Positions 1 to 14,174 are shown, counted from the stretch's first letter. The stretch is DNA of 64,000 nucleotides from Auanema rhodensis (GCA_964057225.1 OZ059895.1:8866001-8930000), one strand, 5' to 3'. Program-made: numbers and translations. The notes: a model not told the origin generated them from the letters alone.

Positions 1-900
1 TTAATTCAGGATATTTATGATTATCATTTGAAAATTTTTGGTGAACCATTAACAGGGCCTGTTGCTGCATCTGAACCATTACGAGACGGTTTTGCTTGTA
101 TATTTTTTCAAACTATTTTTTTTTCTAGAGTTCCGAATAATTTACCATGCTATTAACAATGCTGAAAAAATTTGTGCTAAAGCGCTGGAGAAAATTAGAA
201 ATGGTAAAATCGAAATATTATAATTTAATAATTAATGGTTTTAGATCGAAAATATCAGAAAATTAGGGATTGTGCGTTAGGAAGTATGAAAAATGTGTTG
301 GAAGAAGCGGAAAATAAAATCGAAGATCTACGTGAAGAAACAAAAAGGTTTTTCAAGAAAATTATTTGAAAAAAATTTTTTTTTAGATTCAAATATAATG
401 ATCCGCAGCAAAGATCTGCTCTCGCCTTGCTGCAAATTAGGTTTGAAGAGTTGGCATTAGATAGCTGCGGAATTAACGAGTTAGAAGATTTTGAATTGGA
501 TGGAATACCTCAGAGCGCTAACGCATTGGATAAGTATTCTGATTGTGTTATGGAAAGTTTTCTGAATGTGGGTTTTGATATATTATTTTATGAGAAATTA
601 TTTTTGCCTGCAGGAGCTTGTATTGAGAGAATCGGATGAGCTTTTTAGACTCAAGGAATTACATGCCAAAGGTTTGGAAGAAATTAAAGCGGAAGGTATA
701 TTGTTTAAAATAATTTGTTTTTTCATTTAAATGATGTAGAAAGAGCAATAGAGAAGGAGCTATCTGCTGTGGAACGCCAAATCAAAAAGGCTAGAAAAAT
801 TTGTAAATACAGTAGCATCGCAGAAGAGGTTTGGTTATCTCAAGAATGAGAAATACATGATGCTTCCCAGGTGTTTGATAGTCGCCGAAATGAATTATAG
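1..900 (+). CDS. 3' part of a multi-exon hypothetical protein (helical/coiled-coil), truncated at window start
   Basis: About seven short exons join in frame across GT..AG introns (DIYDYHLKIFGEPL...QRSALALLQIRFEELAL...ERAIEKELSAVERQIKK...VFDSRRNEL*). The TAG stop is at 898-900. No family recognised. Confidence 0.7.
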
Positions 901-1071
901 AAGATTCCATAATTGTAATTTTAGTTGTTTGTATTTATGTCCTCTACTACTATAAGTAGAAAAGTCATCTCTTGATTTTTACTTCACAATATCATTTTCT
1001 GTGAAATTTTAAATTTTAATTATTCTTTAAAGCTGTACAAAATCAATATGAAGAATTAACAAATTTAACAT

Positions 1072-4000
1072 TTAAGCATTAATGCGGGTATGAGATAATC
1101 TAGTGTTCCAATAACCCAACTTTTGAGTCATGACTAAGTAATCAATGTGCTCTTCGCCGGATTTTCTCTTTTGAATTGGGACATTGTACAAAGATCTAAA
1201 AAAAAATTAGATACAGATGACTGGTTTCATCATTACTCATAAGCCTTGAATAACTTTGTTCCACGGGTAGCCCAGGCATCGGCCTGGTATACTGGCTCAG
1301 GGAGAGAGATAGGTGATTCAATAATCTAAAAGTGATTGTATTAGATGGGGTTAACATTTTAGTGAACCTGATGATCGTATGTTAGAGCATGCATTAAGGA
1401 TTGAGCTTCATCCATCGACATGTTGATTTCATCAATTAATATCTGATAGGAAGGTGCTTTACCAGTTCCCTGAACTTACGTTATCAGGGAAAAAACTCTT
1501 CTCACTCGAAACCTGAATAACTCTGTGCGAATGCAAAAAAAATTCAGTAACATCTTTTCTAACAACAGAAGTATCCGCCACAGTTCCCGGAAGCAAATTC
1601 TCATAAACGCCTAAACACCAAATCAATTCCAATTCCAATTCCAGACCGATTACAACCATTTGTATTACGATAAAATCGAAGGTTGTGTCTCTTTGTTACA
1701 ACGAATAAAATAAATTTAGGCCTCCATTTCTTATTAGACTTGCGAGCAAATTCTTCGCAAGCTTCTTCAATGGCAGCAAATTCTTCTTTGACAACCTATA
1801 ACATTCATATTATTAATTAATCATTGGTATTAGCGTGAAAAATACCATATTATATTGACCTTCAGAGACACCGTCTCTAACAATAACAAAATATTCGGGG
1901 AAATTATATTTCTCCACAAAAGAACTTAGCATCATTTTGACATGTTCATTTAACAAATTACTCGAAATCTAAAAAATCCAACGTCTATATAGAAATTCAA
2001 GAGATGATAAACCGTTTCTTTGAAGGCTTCTTGAAAAGCGAAATCTCCAATAAACCCTTCAGGGTGAGGACCTCCGTTCCAAGAAAACTAAAGATGTATC
2101 ATGTCATAGGGGACGAAAATTGGCCTTACTCCAACAACGCTTGGATTTGGCGGAGGTAAATCTCCCAACTTTTCCGATCTGGTCCTCCTGCCAGTGGGAT
2201 GAGCAACATCATAACCCATTACGAACATATTTCCTTTGTTCAACCACCTATTTCTACTAAAATGGTTAAAATATGCTAAGACTAAACCGAGTGAAGCGAC
2301 CTGAACGCATCAGGAATAATTGAATGATTAATACCACCACACTTGAGATTGATTTTATTAACAATATTGGAAAGAGTAAGTCTACTGGTTGGGCTGAAAT
2401 AAATATTTAAATAAAACTTAAAAACATTTCGAACATTTTCTTGGCAATATCAGTGGTCAATTGTTGTGAGGTTACGAGATACTTGCGTTCAAGTAGTTTT
2501 AAATGATCTGCAAAATATGATTAAACATTGAAGGATTACTCAAAATACCATGTTCTTTTACATGCTTGTCATCAAAGAAAATTATTAAAATAAATTCTTT
2601 TGGGTCCTTATCCATAATTTGGCAGGCAGTGCTAAATTGCTAAAATGTTCACGCTTATTCAAATAGATTAAATACAACATGCAACCTTTTCCAAATCAGT
2701 GGTGTTACGGATAGATACACCTACAAAGTTACCCAATTTGAATCCACGACTTTCAAGCATGCTCATGATACTATCGCTAGCGGACCTGGTTAACATAATT
2801 TAAAAAAATGAAAAAGGACAATAGTAATTTACTTTGCTATTTGGGAATTACAACGAAAAGCAAACACTATTTGACTGGCAACGCCAGGAATAAGATAAGA
2901 ACATCTATCAGCTAATCTCCAATTTCCCTGAAGAATAATTTTTAAAAACAATTTTTTTTGCGTTCCAACATACATTCACATTATGGGGGGTAGATCTTTG
3001 ATTACTACCGTACATAATTTTCGGTTTTTCTTTCATAAATCCTGTAAGTCGAAGGGGCGAATCGTTAAGAATAATTCCAAAGCTAAAATAGCTTTTTTTA
3101 GAGAATTGGCAGTATATAAGTTACCTTTTCAAAACACGATGGTAATCATGTTGAGACTCGCTTAGACCAACGAATTTCATGTACTCAGCCCAAATAGAAA
3201 CTCGGACATCCGGTTTTAGAGCTTGAGGCTATGAGATTTATATTTTAAAAAGAAGTATAATAACTAATTACTGGATCAGTGAATTGCTTAGACAGAGGAA
3301 CCTTTTGATGATCAACTATGCGAAGGAGTTCCATAGGATAGTATTTTTTCGTCAGTTTTCTGGAATGACAGACAATGTTTCACCAGAGTCATCAGTGAAT
3401 ATCTAACCCATCCTTTCGTCTTAAAGTGTAAACGGCAGGAAACTCAAGACTGAAGTTTGCTACTACATCTGATGAATATATTTCCAATATGCTTCTTTCT
3501 TTGCCCCTAATTTTCATCATAGAAAACAGTAGTTCACCACTAATACATACTCTATTTCTGTAGTAATACGACTTAAAGCATTGTTTGTTATACCATCAGC
3601 AGTAATTTGCATTTTTTTCTCATACCCGTGAACTTCAAGCTTCAAGCCTATAAATTTCAAATACTCAGCCATAACGCAGTTATTTTACCTTTAACGAAAC
3701 TATTAATGTTTTTGAACTCCGTACTTCCAGGACCAAAAGGAAAAGGGGCATTATATGCATGACGGCCTCGCGATAATGATTGTACAATTTCATCAACAGT
3801 ATGCTTTAAAATTTGAGGCTTAAAAAATATAGTTGTAGTAACTGAAAGAAAAATTGTTTAAAAATAAAAATTAAATTTCACCGTCTAAGTTCATGTGAGG
3901 AACAGGAGGATCATTACTTCTACCTTTCTTGCCTTCGATGAATCTATATTAATACAGAATTTTTATAGATACGGTTAATAGATACAAATACCTGACTGAT

Positions 4001-5037
4001 TTAGATAGACCGTAACGTGCCTCGGTTCCCCACTGCATTTTCCGCTTCTTGCTATCAGGCAAATTAACAGCAAAAATGGCATCATTAATAAGAACAAAAT
4101 CATTACTGAAACAAACTAACATGTTGAGACAAACAAATAGACTACCTGTATAGAATAGGAGAGCTAGTTACAATTTCTAAGAACTGTTTTCTAACTTCTG
4201 TAAATATAGAAGTACAAAGTTATACTAACACCACAATTACGTGTTTCTAATTTTGTGTCTGCAGGATTGAAAGATTTTGCGCATGCTACGATTGAAACAT
4301 GCATCTCCAGTTCATCAACCTTGTTTCTTTGAAAAATTTGAGAAATAAATGGTAAACTTAAAGCTTCCACAATATATAATTCTCCTGTTTTCATCTGAAA
4401 TGAAGATCTTCTACTGTACTTCTACTGTAAGAACTACATGGGAAAGATCCAACAAAGTTGTAGTAAATAAAGTACAAGCTCCATCGTATGCAAATGATCC
4501 ATCTACATTCAGCTTATACTTCTCAAACACAGCTTGTAATGCACTGACACGAATCTGGATTTTTTGCACGTCATTACTAAATTATGCACACATTACTAAA
4601 CCAACAGAAAAATTTATTTCACCTCGAGGTATTTGGTGTTAAATCTATGGTTTTTTTTAGTTTTCCATCGTTCTTTATTATTAAACTATTACGTATCTCA
4701 TATCGGAAATATGACCCCGCCTCAACATCAATTTCGAAAAGATTGGAAAACATATGAACCTGGAATTGTTAGAAACATTCGATAAAGGATAGTGAGCTTA
4801 GTAGTTACAATTTCTTTGCCATTTCTCAACCCGGCCTCTTTCACCTTCTGCATACATACCTCCCGCTAAAAGCATTAATATAAGTAATAAAATAAATGCT
4901 CAAAGATAATTCAGTACCGTTGTGCTATTATTTTTATAATTTTCCGTATCTGGAAATATTGATGAATTCATCCAACATTCAGTTAATAACTTACCAGTAG
5001 TTTGTAATTTACCAAATTCATGTGCAATATCGTCCAT
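1072..5037 (-). CDS. Worm-specific Argonaute (CSR-1/HRDE-1/NRDE-3-type), PAZ-MID-PIWI
   Basis: Spliced translation gives the PAZ end YYPMELLRIV, KINLKCGGINH, GYDVAHP...PSVVGFSWNGGPHPEGFIGDFAFQ, IVRDGVSEGQY, ISLPEPVYQADAWATRG and the C-terminal RINA*. ATG at 5037 (MDDIAHEF), TAA at 1072-1074. Confidence 0.93.
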
Positions 5038-5888
5038 GTTTAAAAATCAACAATTCAAATTATGCAAAAGAACCAATAAAAAAAATTACTTCACCACCCT
5101 TCAACAAAAACCTTCGTATACTAAACAGCGAAAATTTCACAGAAACAGTTTTGTAAGCATAAACATGTTAATAAACTTCGCTCTGAGACCTATTAGAATA
5201 TTTAAATGTTTACAAGAAGTAAAACATTTTAAAGGAAATAATGAAAAAAATTCAAAAGGTACCTTAACATTATTTTATAATTCATGCATTACAAATAATA
5301 TTTTTTTGAAAGATGAAAATAATAATACGATAACATCAATTCAACGATTTTTTAATGATGCTATCAGAACGATTTATCCATTTATGAAACTATTGCTTCA
5401 AATAAAGAAATCAAATAAAAAAGCAAATACCACACCATGTTGGGAATTAGCTAACAAAAATTTCATTTTCATAATACAAATAATGTAATACGTAAAAAAA
5501 AGTTATACAGTAAGTATATATTCAATACAGTTCAAAAACGGAAATTTTGTTGGCATTAATGATTTAACTCCTTGTAAATGACATTATATCAGTCAAAATA
5601 AGGTCTTAAACTAGAGCTAGAGGAAGTTTAAGTTGGGTATGTAACTAGCTTTAACGAAAATTATTTAAGTTGGTAATGTAACTAGCTTTAATGCAAATTT
5701 GAATATTTCCCTAATACTTTCTTCATATTCTTAAAAAAACAGAGTTATTAGTATTTTTTATTTATTTATCAGATAATAACAGGAAACTGAAATAAAATAT
5801 AATCATAAGTCAAATCATGTAAACAACTTCCAAATAAAATTCAAAAATTTTTATTTCCAAGCAACTGTCAAGAAGAGTCGGCTGTGCG

Positions 5889-7803
5889 ATGAATACAACT
5901 GACGACGTTTTTCGAGCAGTTATCCGTTTTCTTGACGCGAACTCACGGTTCAATTTGGCTGAAGTCGATTCACAACTACATAAGTTATCTCTGAAGTAGT
6001 AGTTTTTTTTTTATTTATTCTATTCGTTTTAATCTTAGGTGGATAGATGTTGATTCTGTGTTGATTGATTCACATTACATACTACTCGGATCCGATTATT
6101 TTAGACATATAGTAACTTTTAAGCAAAATGTAGCTTGTCACTACATTTTATATTTCTTTTTGTTTTGTTTCAGGATTTCAAAACTGTTATCAAAAGTATT
6201 TTCAGCTTATGTAGTGCAGTAAAATATCTTTATATCCAAAATGAGATTACCGAGGATGATATAATGGAAATAAATCCATATTTAACTTCCGTTCAGCACT
6301 TGTATTTAACTGCAGCCTTTTTCAATAAGCATGTTCCTAATTTCATAATTCTATGTGCAAAATTGTTTAGAAACAGAGTTGGTCGCTTTAAAACCTTAAA
6401 AGTTTCATCTCTACAATCTATGTTTATCTTACAACCCACGTATGAATTGCTGAGTTCATGTTTTGAGTTAAATGCGATAACCGCATTTGTAAGATAATTA
6501 ATATTAGCCAAAGAAAATTTTCATAATTTTCAGAAGTCATTTCCGAATACTTTGAAGACAATTTGTTTGACAGGACTTACATTATATCCCAGTGTCTTAA
6601 AATACCTTTTTACATTGCCTGATATAAAAACATTAAATTTGATAGGCTGTTTGGTTGACACTTCAAGGAGTTTTGAATTACTGAGAGAATTAAGTCTATT
6701 AAACTTTCCAAAATTATTAGATAATTAGAAAATTCAGATCAACATGACACTTTAAAAGTCTTATCTCTGCCACCCAGTCTTTTTTCGCTATCGGACAGAG
6801 CATCATATACAACTAATCCAATTCCATTTTTCAAGTTTTTTTGTGTTTGTTATTCTTTTAGCACTTTGAGCATATTCAGAAAAATGCGTATCATACAATT
6901 ATCATTATATATGGAAAAGTATGATGACAATTTTTTCTGGTCATTTATAGAAGCCTTGCCCAACTGTTTGGAGTTGCTAATCATATACGGAAATCATTCA
7001 AGCATTTTTTTTTTACCAAGAGTGAAGCTGTGGAATAAATTCGAGGTTTTCAAATATTAAAATTATCGAAACAACAATATAGCATCAGATGAGATTCGAA
7101 CAACTGAATTCCAGTATTGTTCATCCTCCATGGAGTAATTACAATATTAAATTGATACATCACTTGGTCAATTGCTCTCCAAGTGTATTTTCAGAACAGG
7201 TATTAAGTAAAAAATGTAATTTATAACTGTATCCAGCCTTGGCGATATACCATAGCTGATAGTAATTTGGACCCTGCTACTCATGGCACATTGTAAGTTT
7301 CATAAAAGTAAACAGAAAAAAACAATAGATTGAGTGCTAATCAAGAAATACTCTTCCCTGCTCCAGAAAATACTATACTCGAAGTGGTAGCAATAGATGA
7401 GGTAGGGAAACCAAGCAGTTGTTTTATTTGTCATAAATTTGCTAGAGAAGGACAGAAGTCGCCACCCTCGCCAACGAAGGTTAACTTAATGAAATACTAC
7501 ATGGCTCCAATGACTCTTTATTAGATAACGAAATGAGTAATCCTCCTTCAACTCCATCTCCTAGTGTAAGTCCTGTTAGAGGAAATATGAATACAACAGG
7601 TAGGAAAGAAATTCATTAATAAAAGAAACAGAAGTTTAAGAACTTTCCCGCGAATCAAGTAACTCTAGCAACGAGGGGTCAAACAGACAGTAAATTTATG
7701 GGAAATACCAGGGCTGGAATATTTTCAGGCAGCTTACACATTACATAACGAATGACAAATTAGAGCAGTTTTTGACAAAAAAAATAAAGGAAAGAGATCT
7801 ATA
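5889..7803 (+). CDS. F-box-like N-terminus plus leucine-rich-repeat-like protein
   Basis: MNTTDDVFRAVIRFLDANSRFNLAEVDSQL resembles an F-box. Later exons carry LxxLxL repeats (LKTICLTGL, IKTLNLIGC) and a Ser/Pro-rich tail. The 3' end is approximate. Confidence 0.65.
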
Positions 7804-7906
7804 ATTCACGTATTGGGTTACATGTAAAACTTCAATGCCTGTTGAGACGTTTTAGCTTAGCTATATACAAACATATCCAAAAAATAAGTTATAGCTCGTA
7901 TTGTTA

Positions 7907-10900
7907 TTAAGATCGATTAGTAGCACCGCCACCATCATATCGGAAACGACTGTGAGCATCTACATTTGGCAGCTTATCCATAATAATACCCTGAGCATAA
8001 AAAATTAAGTAATAAAAAAATTGTATTTTATACTCACCTGAATAAGCCATTCCGATGATGCTACCAGTAAATCTTTCTCAGCTGCGAGTTCCAATAAATC
8101 GGGTGACGCGCTGGCATCTGTTAATATGATATCTACTGTTTCCGCTGAAATAGCATTAAAAATTAATTAGACTATAAACATTTCTCACGATTTTCAGGCA
8201 ATTCCGTAATAGGAGTGCCACCTAGTAAAGTAACCATTGGTTCCCATATTTGAGTGAAACTAAGACCTTTAGAAGCTATAGGTCGATTATTAGTATGAAC
8301 CAGTACAAGTTTATCCTTTAAAAGGATTCTTTGGTTTTTTGGCCTGAATATACAAAACTAGAGTATTAACATTTTCTAAAATCATACAAAGGGTATAGTT
8401 GATTATCCAAAATAGACTGTCCGGCAGGAAGAAGAAATTCTTCATAATCTATGAGAGAGTTCTGAATAAAAATTAATATAATAACACCAAACAATATAAC
8501 ATACGCTCTCACGACACTTTTCAATCCAACCATGAGAAACACAAGGTACCCCACGAGCCATAGCAGATAGGTACTTGTGAGTGCGATAACAAGTATCAGA
8601 TATCAGAAAAGGTTCTAATTCATGATGATCATCCACCGACTAAACACATGTGTTTATATAAAACTAAATTGCTATCTTACTGAAAAATCTTCCACTACTA
8701 CACCATGGCATTGTTCAATGAATTCACTCATTAACTTCTTCTTGAATCCTGTACCATCAGTTCCTCTTTGTGCAGATGTAAGAATGAAGATCTTCCCACT
8801 GAATATAGGTTGATGCGATTCACGAGGCTGTTCATCTTAATACATAACATTCTTAAAAATCTTCAAATCCTATAAACTAACCATAACTCTCCTCGTTCAT
8901 ATCATGAGTTGGAGAGTTTTTCTTTCCCTTTTTCGTAGAAGCTTTGGCACTAACAGTGATTACCTTCGTAGAATCTCCAGCTCTAGACCTTCGAGACATT
9001 CGATTTTCACTCAAAGCTATATTGTCTAAAAAATAAAAATAATTTCATACTACTGATATTTTCACATACCTACAAGAACTTGAGTCACCTCTCTCGATTT
9101 CTTGGAAATGTAATCTCTCCAATCCGCACTGTCAAGGTTGATACTAGCCCACCCGTAGCTTGAATAAAACAATAATTAAAAAAACATACAGACTTTAATC
9201 ATACTTTGCTTCGGGACCCTTACAGTTACCATCGTCATCCAAAGGGGACAAAACAAACATAGCTGCTTCCCATTCCTTAGCACAAGCCGCATTAGGCGAC
9301 TTAATAACCTGCATTTCGGCAAGGTCAGAGCCAAGAGGAGCAAGGCACTTAAATATAAACAAAATAATTCATAAATACAGATAAATAATTACTTGTTTCT
9401 CGGCTACGACAGCTCTTAAAGGTATGACACCTTCGTTAGGAACATCTTTCACAACTTTGTCCGCAACATATTGAACTTTATATCTGCCAAGACTATCTTT
9501 TCTAAAAAAAGAAATCCATTTCAAAAACTATCAAGTAAACAACAAACCCCGACGCAAGTACTACAGCTGGATAGAACACTTTGTTAAAAACAGCGTAAAC
9601 TCTAGCACCAGCTTCATAAGGAAGATGCTCATCCTCGGGATGATCTATAGTCCAAAGCTGCTCAGCATCAAGTACAGGTGCTTCAACGGATGATTTCTTG
9701 GGTGTACTAGTAGCTAAAGGATTCTGTTGCCTAAAAGAATAAGTTGTGTAATTCAAGCAGTTCTTCACACTTACTTTCGTTTCCGACCAGGTGTTGCTTT
9801 TGTAGGTGTTGGCACTTCTTTAATTTCTTTGTCTTCCGCATCGTTGGAGTCATAGGCATAACTGATATTTAAAAAAATGTTGATATCACAATAGAAACAA
9901 ATTACGATGTCGTTTTTTCATCCTTCTTTTGACCTTTGCGTCTTGGAGTTAGTTCTGCTAAAGATTTCTTAGATTTTCCAACAGGTATTAAATCTGGTAA
10001 ATTTGAAACTCTTGCTTCGGCAGCCTTTTCAGTATTCTCATATTTTCCGGTTCCAACACGAGAATAGCTTACATCACCAAAGGATTGTAACTTCATCTAT
10101 AAAGATGTTGAAAATTTTTTTCACAAAAATTACAAAACCTCAATATTTTTGAAAGGTTCGGGATGAGTTTCTTGCTCTGTACTAAAATCATAAGGATCCC
10201 TCTGGTTGCTTTTTCCAGCTTTCCTCGAAGGAGGAGCACTAGATGGAACTTTCGTAATCTTGCCTGAAACAAGATCATAGACCAAAATAAACCTGATTTC
10301 TTACTTTTCTTAGGCGTAGAAGTAGATTCGGGAACCGCAGACACTCTTCTTCCTCTTTTTCTTGGGGGTGTTGGAGATCTTGGAGGTGAAGCAGCAACCC
10401 GCTTACCTTTCTCACCAGATTTCTTGCTCGGTTCAATTACTTTTTCTTCAACCTTTTTCTTAGCGCTACCCCTTCCCCTTTTCTAAATAACAATTTTTAG
10501 TTAAGCAAGAACACAAGTCAAAATACTTTTACAGGTTTTTCTTCTTCCAGAAGATCATCCGAATCTAGCTCATCCTGCTTTTCACTCGGAACGTCTTCAA
10601 CTTCTTCAGCTGCTTCCATTTCTTCATCCGCTACCTCTTCCTCTTTTCGATTTCGTAACACGCGACGTTCTGACGTTGCAGGAGTTGAAGGAACACTTGT
10701 GGCCACTTCAGACGAGGTTACTTTTCGGGGTCTTCCCTAAAATTTTGCAATAATATGGTTAACAAATTCTTAACAACTCGTCTTCCAGTGGATTGCACAG
10801 AAGGTGATTGAACAGTAGTTTTAGAAACAGGTGTTTGGGATTGCCGCTTGTTTTTCACTGGTGTTGGTTTCAGTGTTTCTTTTTTAGCAGATGCCTAAAT

Positions 10901-12032
10901 GACCATTACTAAATGGAAATTAAAATATTGACAAAACGTTACCTCATTATTTCTTAACCTCAATGAACTTCTTCCAACGGGAGAACTTTTTGGACTGGAT
11001 TCCTCTGTAGCTTCTTCCGTATTCATCTCATCGTCAGCTTTTGCAGCTTTATGAATTTTACCCCTATTGATCTTAGTTTTAGGTGGTCGGCCCCTTCTTC
11101 CGGGAGTCTTGATAACGTCCTTTTTCGACTCGGAATCGTTTTCATCGTTGGATACATTTCCCGTTTCATCAGTAGCTGTTGTTTCGTTCAGATCATCAGC
11201 GGCTTCGGTTTGGCTGTTCTCTGCATTTGCCTTCTCGCGTGCCTCATTGATTTCCGGAATAGGTGTAGTTTCTTTATCGAACTTGTCATCATCTTCTGTT
11301 TCATTATTTTCAGATGTCGCTTGTAAATCCTCTTCAGCACTTTCATAAGTGGTCTCAGCACAAGAATTATTTTTTTCCACTTCTGGTGGTTCACAAGGAG
11401 ATGAACTTTCCTCACCAAATTTAGAATTTGAATTTTCTTTTTCTTCAGGATCCGCTACCGGACCAGATTTGGTATCTAAACAAAGAAAGGTATGAAACAA
11501 CTATTTGTATAAGTACCATCAACATCTGATAACCGTATAGATTCATCCAGTTTAGGCTCAGCCTAAATATATAAATATACAAAACTATAAAAATAGAAAA
11601 TATACCTCTGTTATTTCTTCTTTCTCATTATTTTGTTCATCGCATTGTACGCTATCATCATTACATAATTTATTATCTAAATAAGAAATAAAACAATAAA
11701 AAACAATTCTTTACACAATATACCTGTTGATTCAGAAGAACCTTTCTCAGAAAGACTAGTATTTAAGCTTACTGTTGATTCATCCTAAAACGAAAAAACC
11801 GTAAACATATTGTAATTTCAACAAACATTCAATGTTGCAGCCGATTTTCCGAATAAACCTGCTCTCATGTGAATGATAGACAATCCACTACTGTAATTAA
11901 AGCAGCAATATTAGAAGCAATACAATGTTTAAAAAAGTACCCATTATTCACAGTGGCTGCTTCTGTTGACGTGCCTGAAATTACATATTGAACTGTAGTC
12001 TAAGAATCAAACACACCTGTGTCATCCGACAT
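7907..12032 (-). CDS. hsr-9: 53BP1 homologue (acidic disordered N-terminus, Tudor-like region, tandem BRCT)
   Basis: AT-hook-like PGRRGRPPK. Tudor-like GARVYAVFNKVFYPAVV. BRCT motifs ISDTCYRTHKYLSAMARGVPCVSHGWI and LVASSEWLIQ. ATG at 12032, TAA at 7907-7909. Confidence 0.88.
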
Positions 12033-12329
12033 ATCTTATAAAAAGCACCAGTCTCCTAAACAATATAGTTTATATATCTCGAAGTTTAATTAAGTAAGTC
12101 ATAGTATTGAATTTTGAAAATGTTATGCATTGATGTGCCTTTGTAGTACATATTTCAAATTTCACAACATTTCAAAACTGATTCGAGCTTCATAACAAAC
12201 ATCACCAAGAAAAAACATTGAATAATTTAAAATCTTTGCTTAATAAGCTTGGTAGTTGGAAAGTTACAGTATTTCCTTAACTTAATATAAATATAATATG
12301 TTTTGCATTCTCCACCTTAATCAAAAAAA

Positions 12330-12475
12330 AATGCTTGGCGCGCGCCTTTCCTGGCCAAAAATATGCTTGGCACGCTGGATCCACTCTGCGTCTCTGACCT
12401 TCAGCACTACGAATGGATAGGTAGCTCTGATGCGTGCATTCAGCTGATGCGCAGAAATAGTGGTTGCCCACCTAC
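12330..12475. promoter_or_regulatory. GC-rich core of the divergent hsr-9/rps-19 promoter with a TCTGCGTCTCT motif
   Basis: Local GC island between head-to-head genes. TCTGCGTCTCT at 12385-12395 matches the GAGACGCAGA-type motif common in Caenorhabditis promoters. Confidence 0.45.
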
Positions 12476-12768
12476 AGTATTGCAAAATTTTGACATCTTA
12501 TCTTCTTCTATTCACCTAAAATTTTGAAAAATTTGACTCAATTGTAGTTGTTTAAGGGATGTTTTTCCCTTTTATATTGTTGAAAAAAGATAACCATGTG
12601 TGTTCATACGTATGTTATAAAATTTTTCGGATATGCTGGACGACGTTTTATATTTTTAAATTTGGATTAATTAGGTTTTTTGTTTTGATATGTATTCAAC
12701 TTAATTTTTTTCTATTTTGTTCTTTGTTTGAATGTTATTATTGTGTTAAATAGTTGTTTAAAGGTAAA

Positions 12769-13303
12769 ATGGTGAAGGCCACGAGTGTTAAGGACGTAGA
12801 TCAACACGATGTCGTTAAGCACATCGCTCAATTCTTGAAGAAGAGTGGAAAGGTTAAGGTTCCAGAATGGTCCGATCTTGTCAAGTTGGGAGTCAACAGA
12901 GAGCTCGCTCCAGTTGACCCAGACTGGTATTTCATCCGTACTGCTAGCATTGCTCGTCGCCTTTACGTCCGTTCCCCTACTGGTAATTAATTCAGTTAAT
13001 ATTGCCTATATAGCGTTGTTTATAGGTGTTGGAGCCCTCAAGAACGCTTTCGGAGGAGCCAAGAGACGTGGTGTCCGTCCCAACCATTTCTGCAAGGGAT
13101 CCGGAACCGTCATCCGTAAGGCTCTTCAAACTCTTGAATTCCTTAAGTGGGTTGAGAAGGGCCCCGAAGGAAAGGGACGTATCCTCTCCAAGCAGGTAAT
13201 ACTTTAATTTTTGTCTTGTTTTATAAATGTCTTTATTCAGGGAAGAAAAGACCTGGACCGTATTGCTACCGATTTACGCCAGAAGACTCCCGCCGAGTTG
13301 TAA
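12769..13303 (+). CDS. rps-19: 40S ribosomal protein S19 (eS19), 3 exons
   Basis: [13 protein letters not shown]...[14 protein letters not shown]...GVRPNHF...[19 protein letters not shown] at 13301-13303. Confidence 0.97.
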
Positions 13304-13393
13304 TTGTTTTGTTGGTTGATGGTTTCATAAAATCGTTATCAAAATTTAAATTTTTTATTATTTTGCAATATAATAACCCATATTCGAGATCAT

Positions 13394-14174
13394 TTACATA
13401 TACATTGAACCATCTGCTGGTCTTATATATCCGGTAGCTATAAGAATGATGTCTAATATTGTCCATATTCCAAGGCCGCCGAATGAAAACAGTTTTCCGA
13501 TTGCTGATTTCCAAAGACCTAGGTAGAATCTATCAGCCCCAAATCCTCCTGAAGATAATGTTTTGTTAGTAATTGCGATGTAAAATTACCAAGGGTGATT
13601 GAATACAGCATCGCTTTAGTCCAACTGAAACCTGAAGACCAATTGCATCTAAATATTATAGGTCACTCTTGTCAAATCCCGAAACGCACCGCACTCTCTT
13701 TGAAAACATTCTATTCCCCTTGCACATGACTCCATCGTTTACCTTTAGAAACGAAAGTAGGGCTACTTTCATATTAGCTTACCTCGCAAGTTGTTTTCAC
13801 TAACCCAGTTCTTGTTGTAGAACAGTTTGTCACGGGGATACAGTTATACAGGGAAGAATCCAATTGCCAGCAGTAACTGCGCTCAGAATATTTCATAACA
13901 GTAATATTAGTTTTTCTTACCTACAATACGCTTCCTTTTGTACGGATTCTACAGTTTCACACTGTGACACGCATTTTATTGTGAGTTTCTCGCCTAATTT
14001 ACAGTCATTAGGATATTCGCACTTTAAGCATTCAGCGCTGTGACAATGATCGTTTTTGCATCTAAACCTTGTAATTAAGATATATTTAGGTATATGAACA
14101 AACTCTCTTGAAACAAATGGTTGAATATGATAACTAGTTGTGATCAAGCTCAATAATAGTAAAATCCCCAGCAT
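13394..14174 (-). CDS. TM2-domain protein (TM2D3/almondex-like)
   Basis: Signal peptide MLGILLLLSL, Cys-rich ectodomain, and TM2 motif GGFGADRFYLGLWKSAIGKLFSFGGLGIWTILDIILIATGYIRPADGSMYM*. Confidence 0.88.

Noticed and set aside
5036-5488. 150-aa + strand ORF
   Set aside because: K/N/F-rich translation of A-rich sequence upstream of the Argonaute, with no splice or domain support.
11051-11418. Overlapping ORFs on both strands
   Set aside because: Shadows of the large acidic hsr-9 exon.
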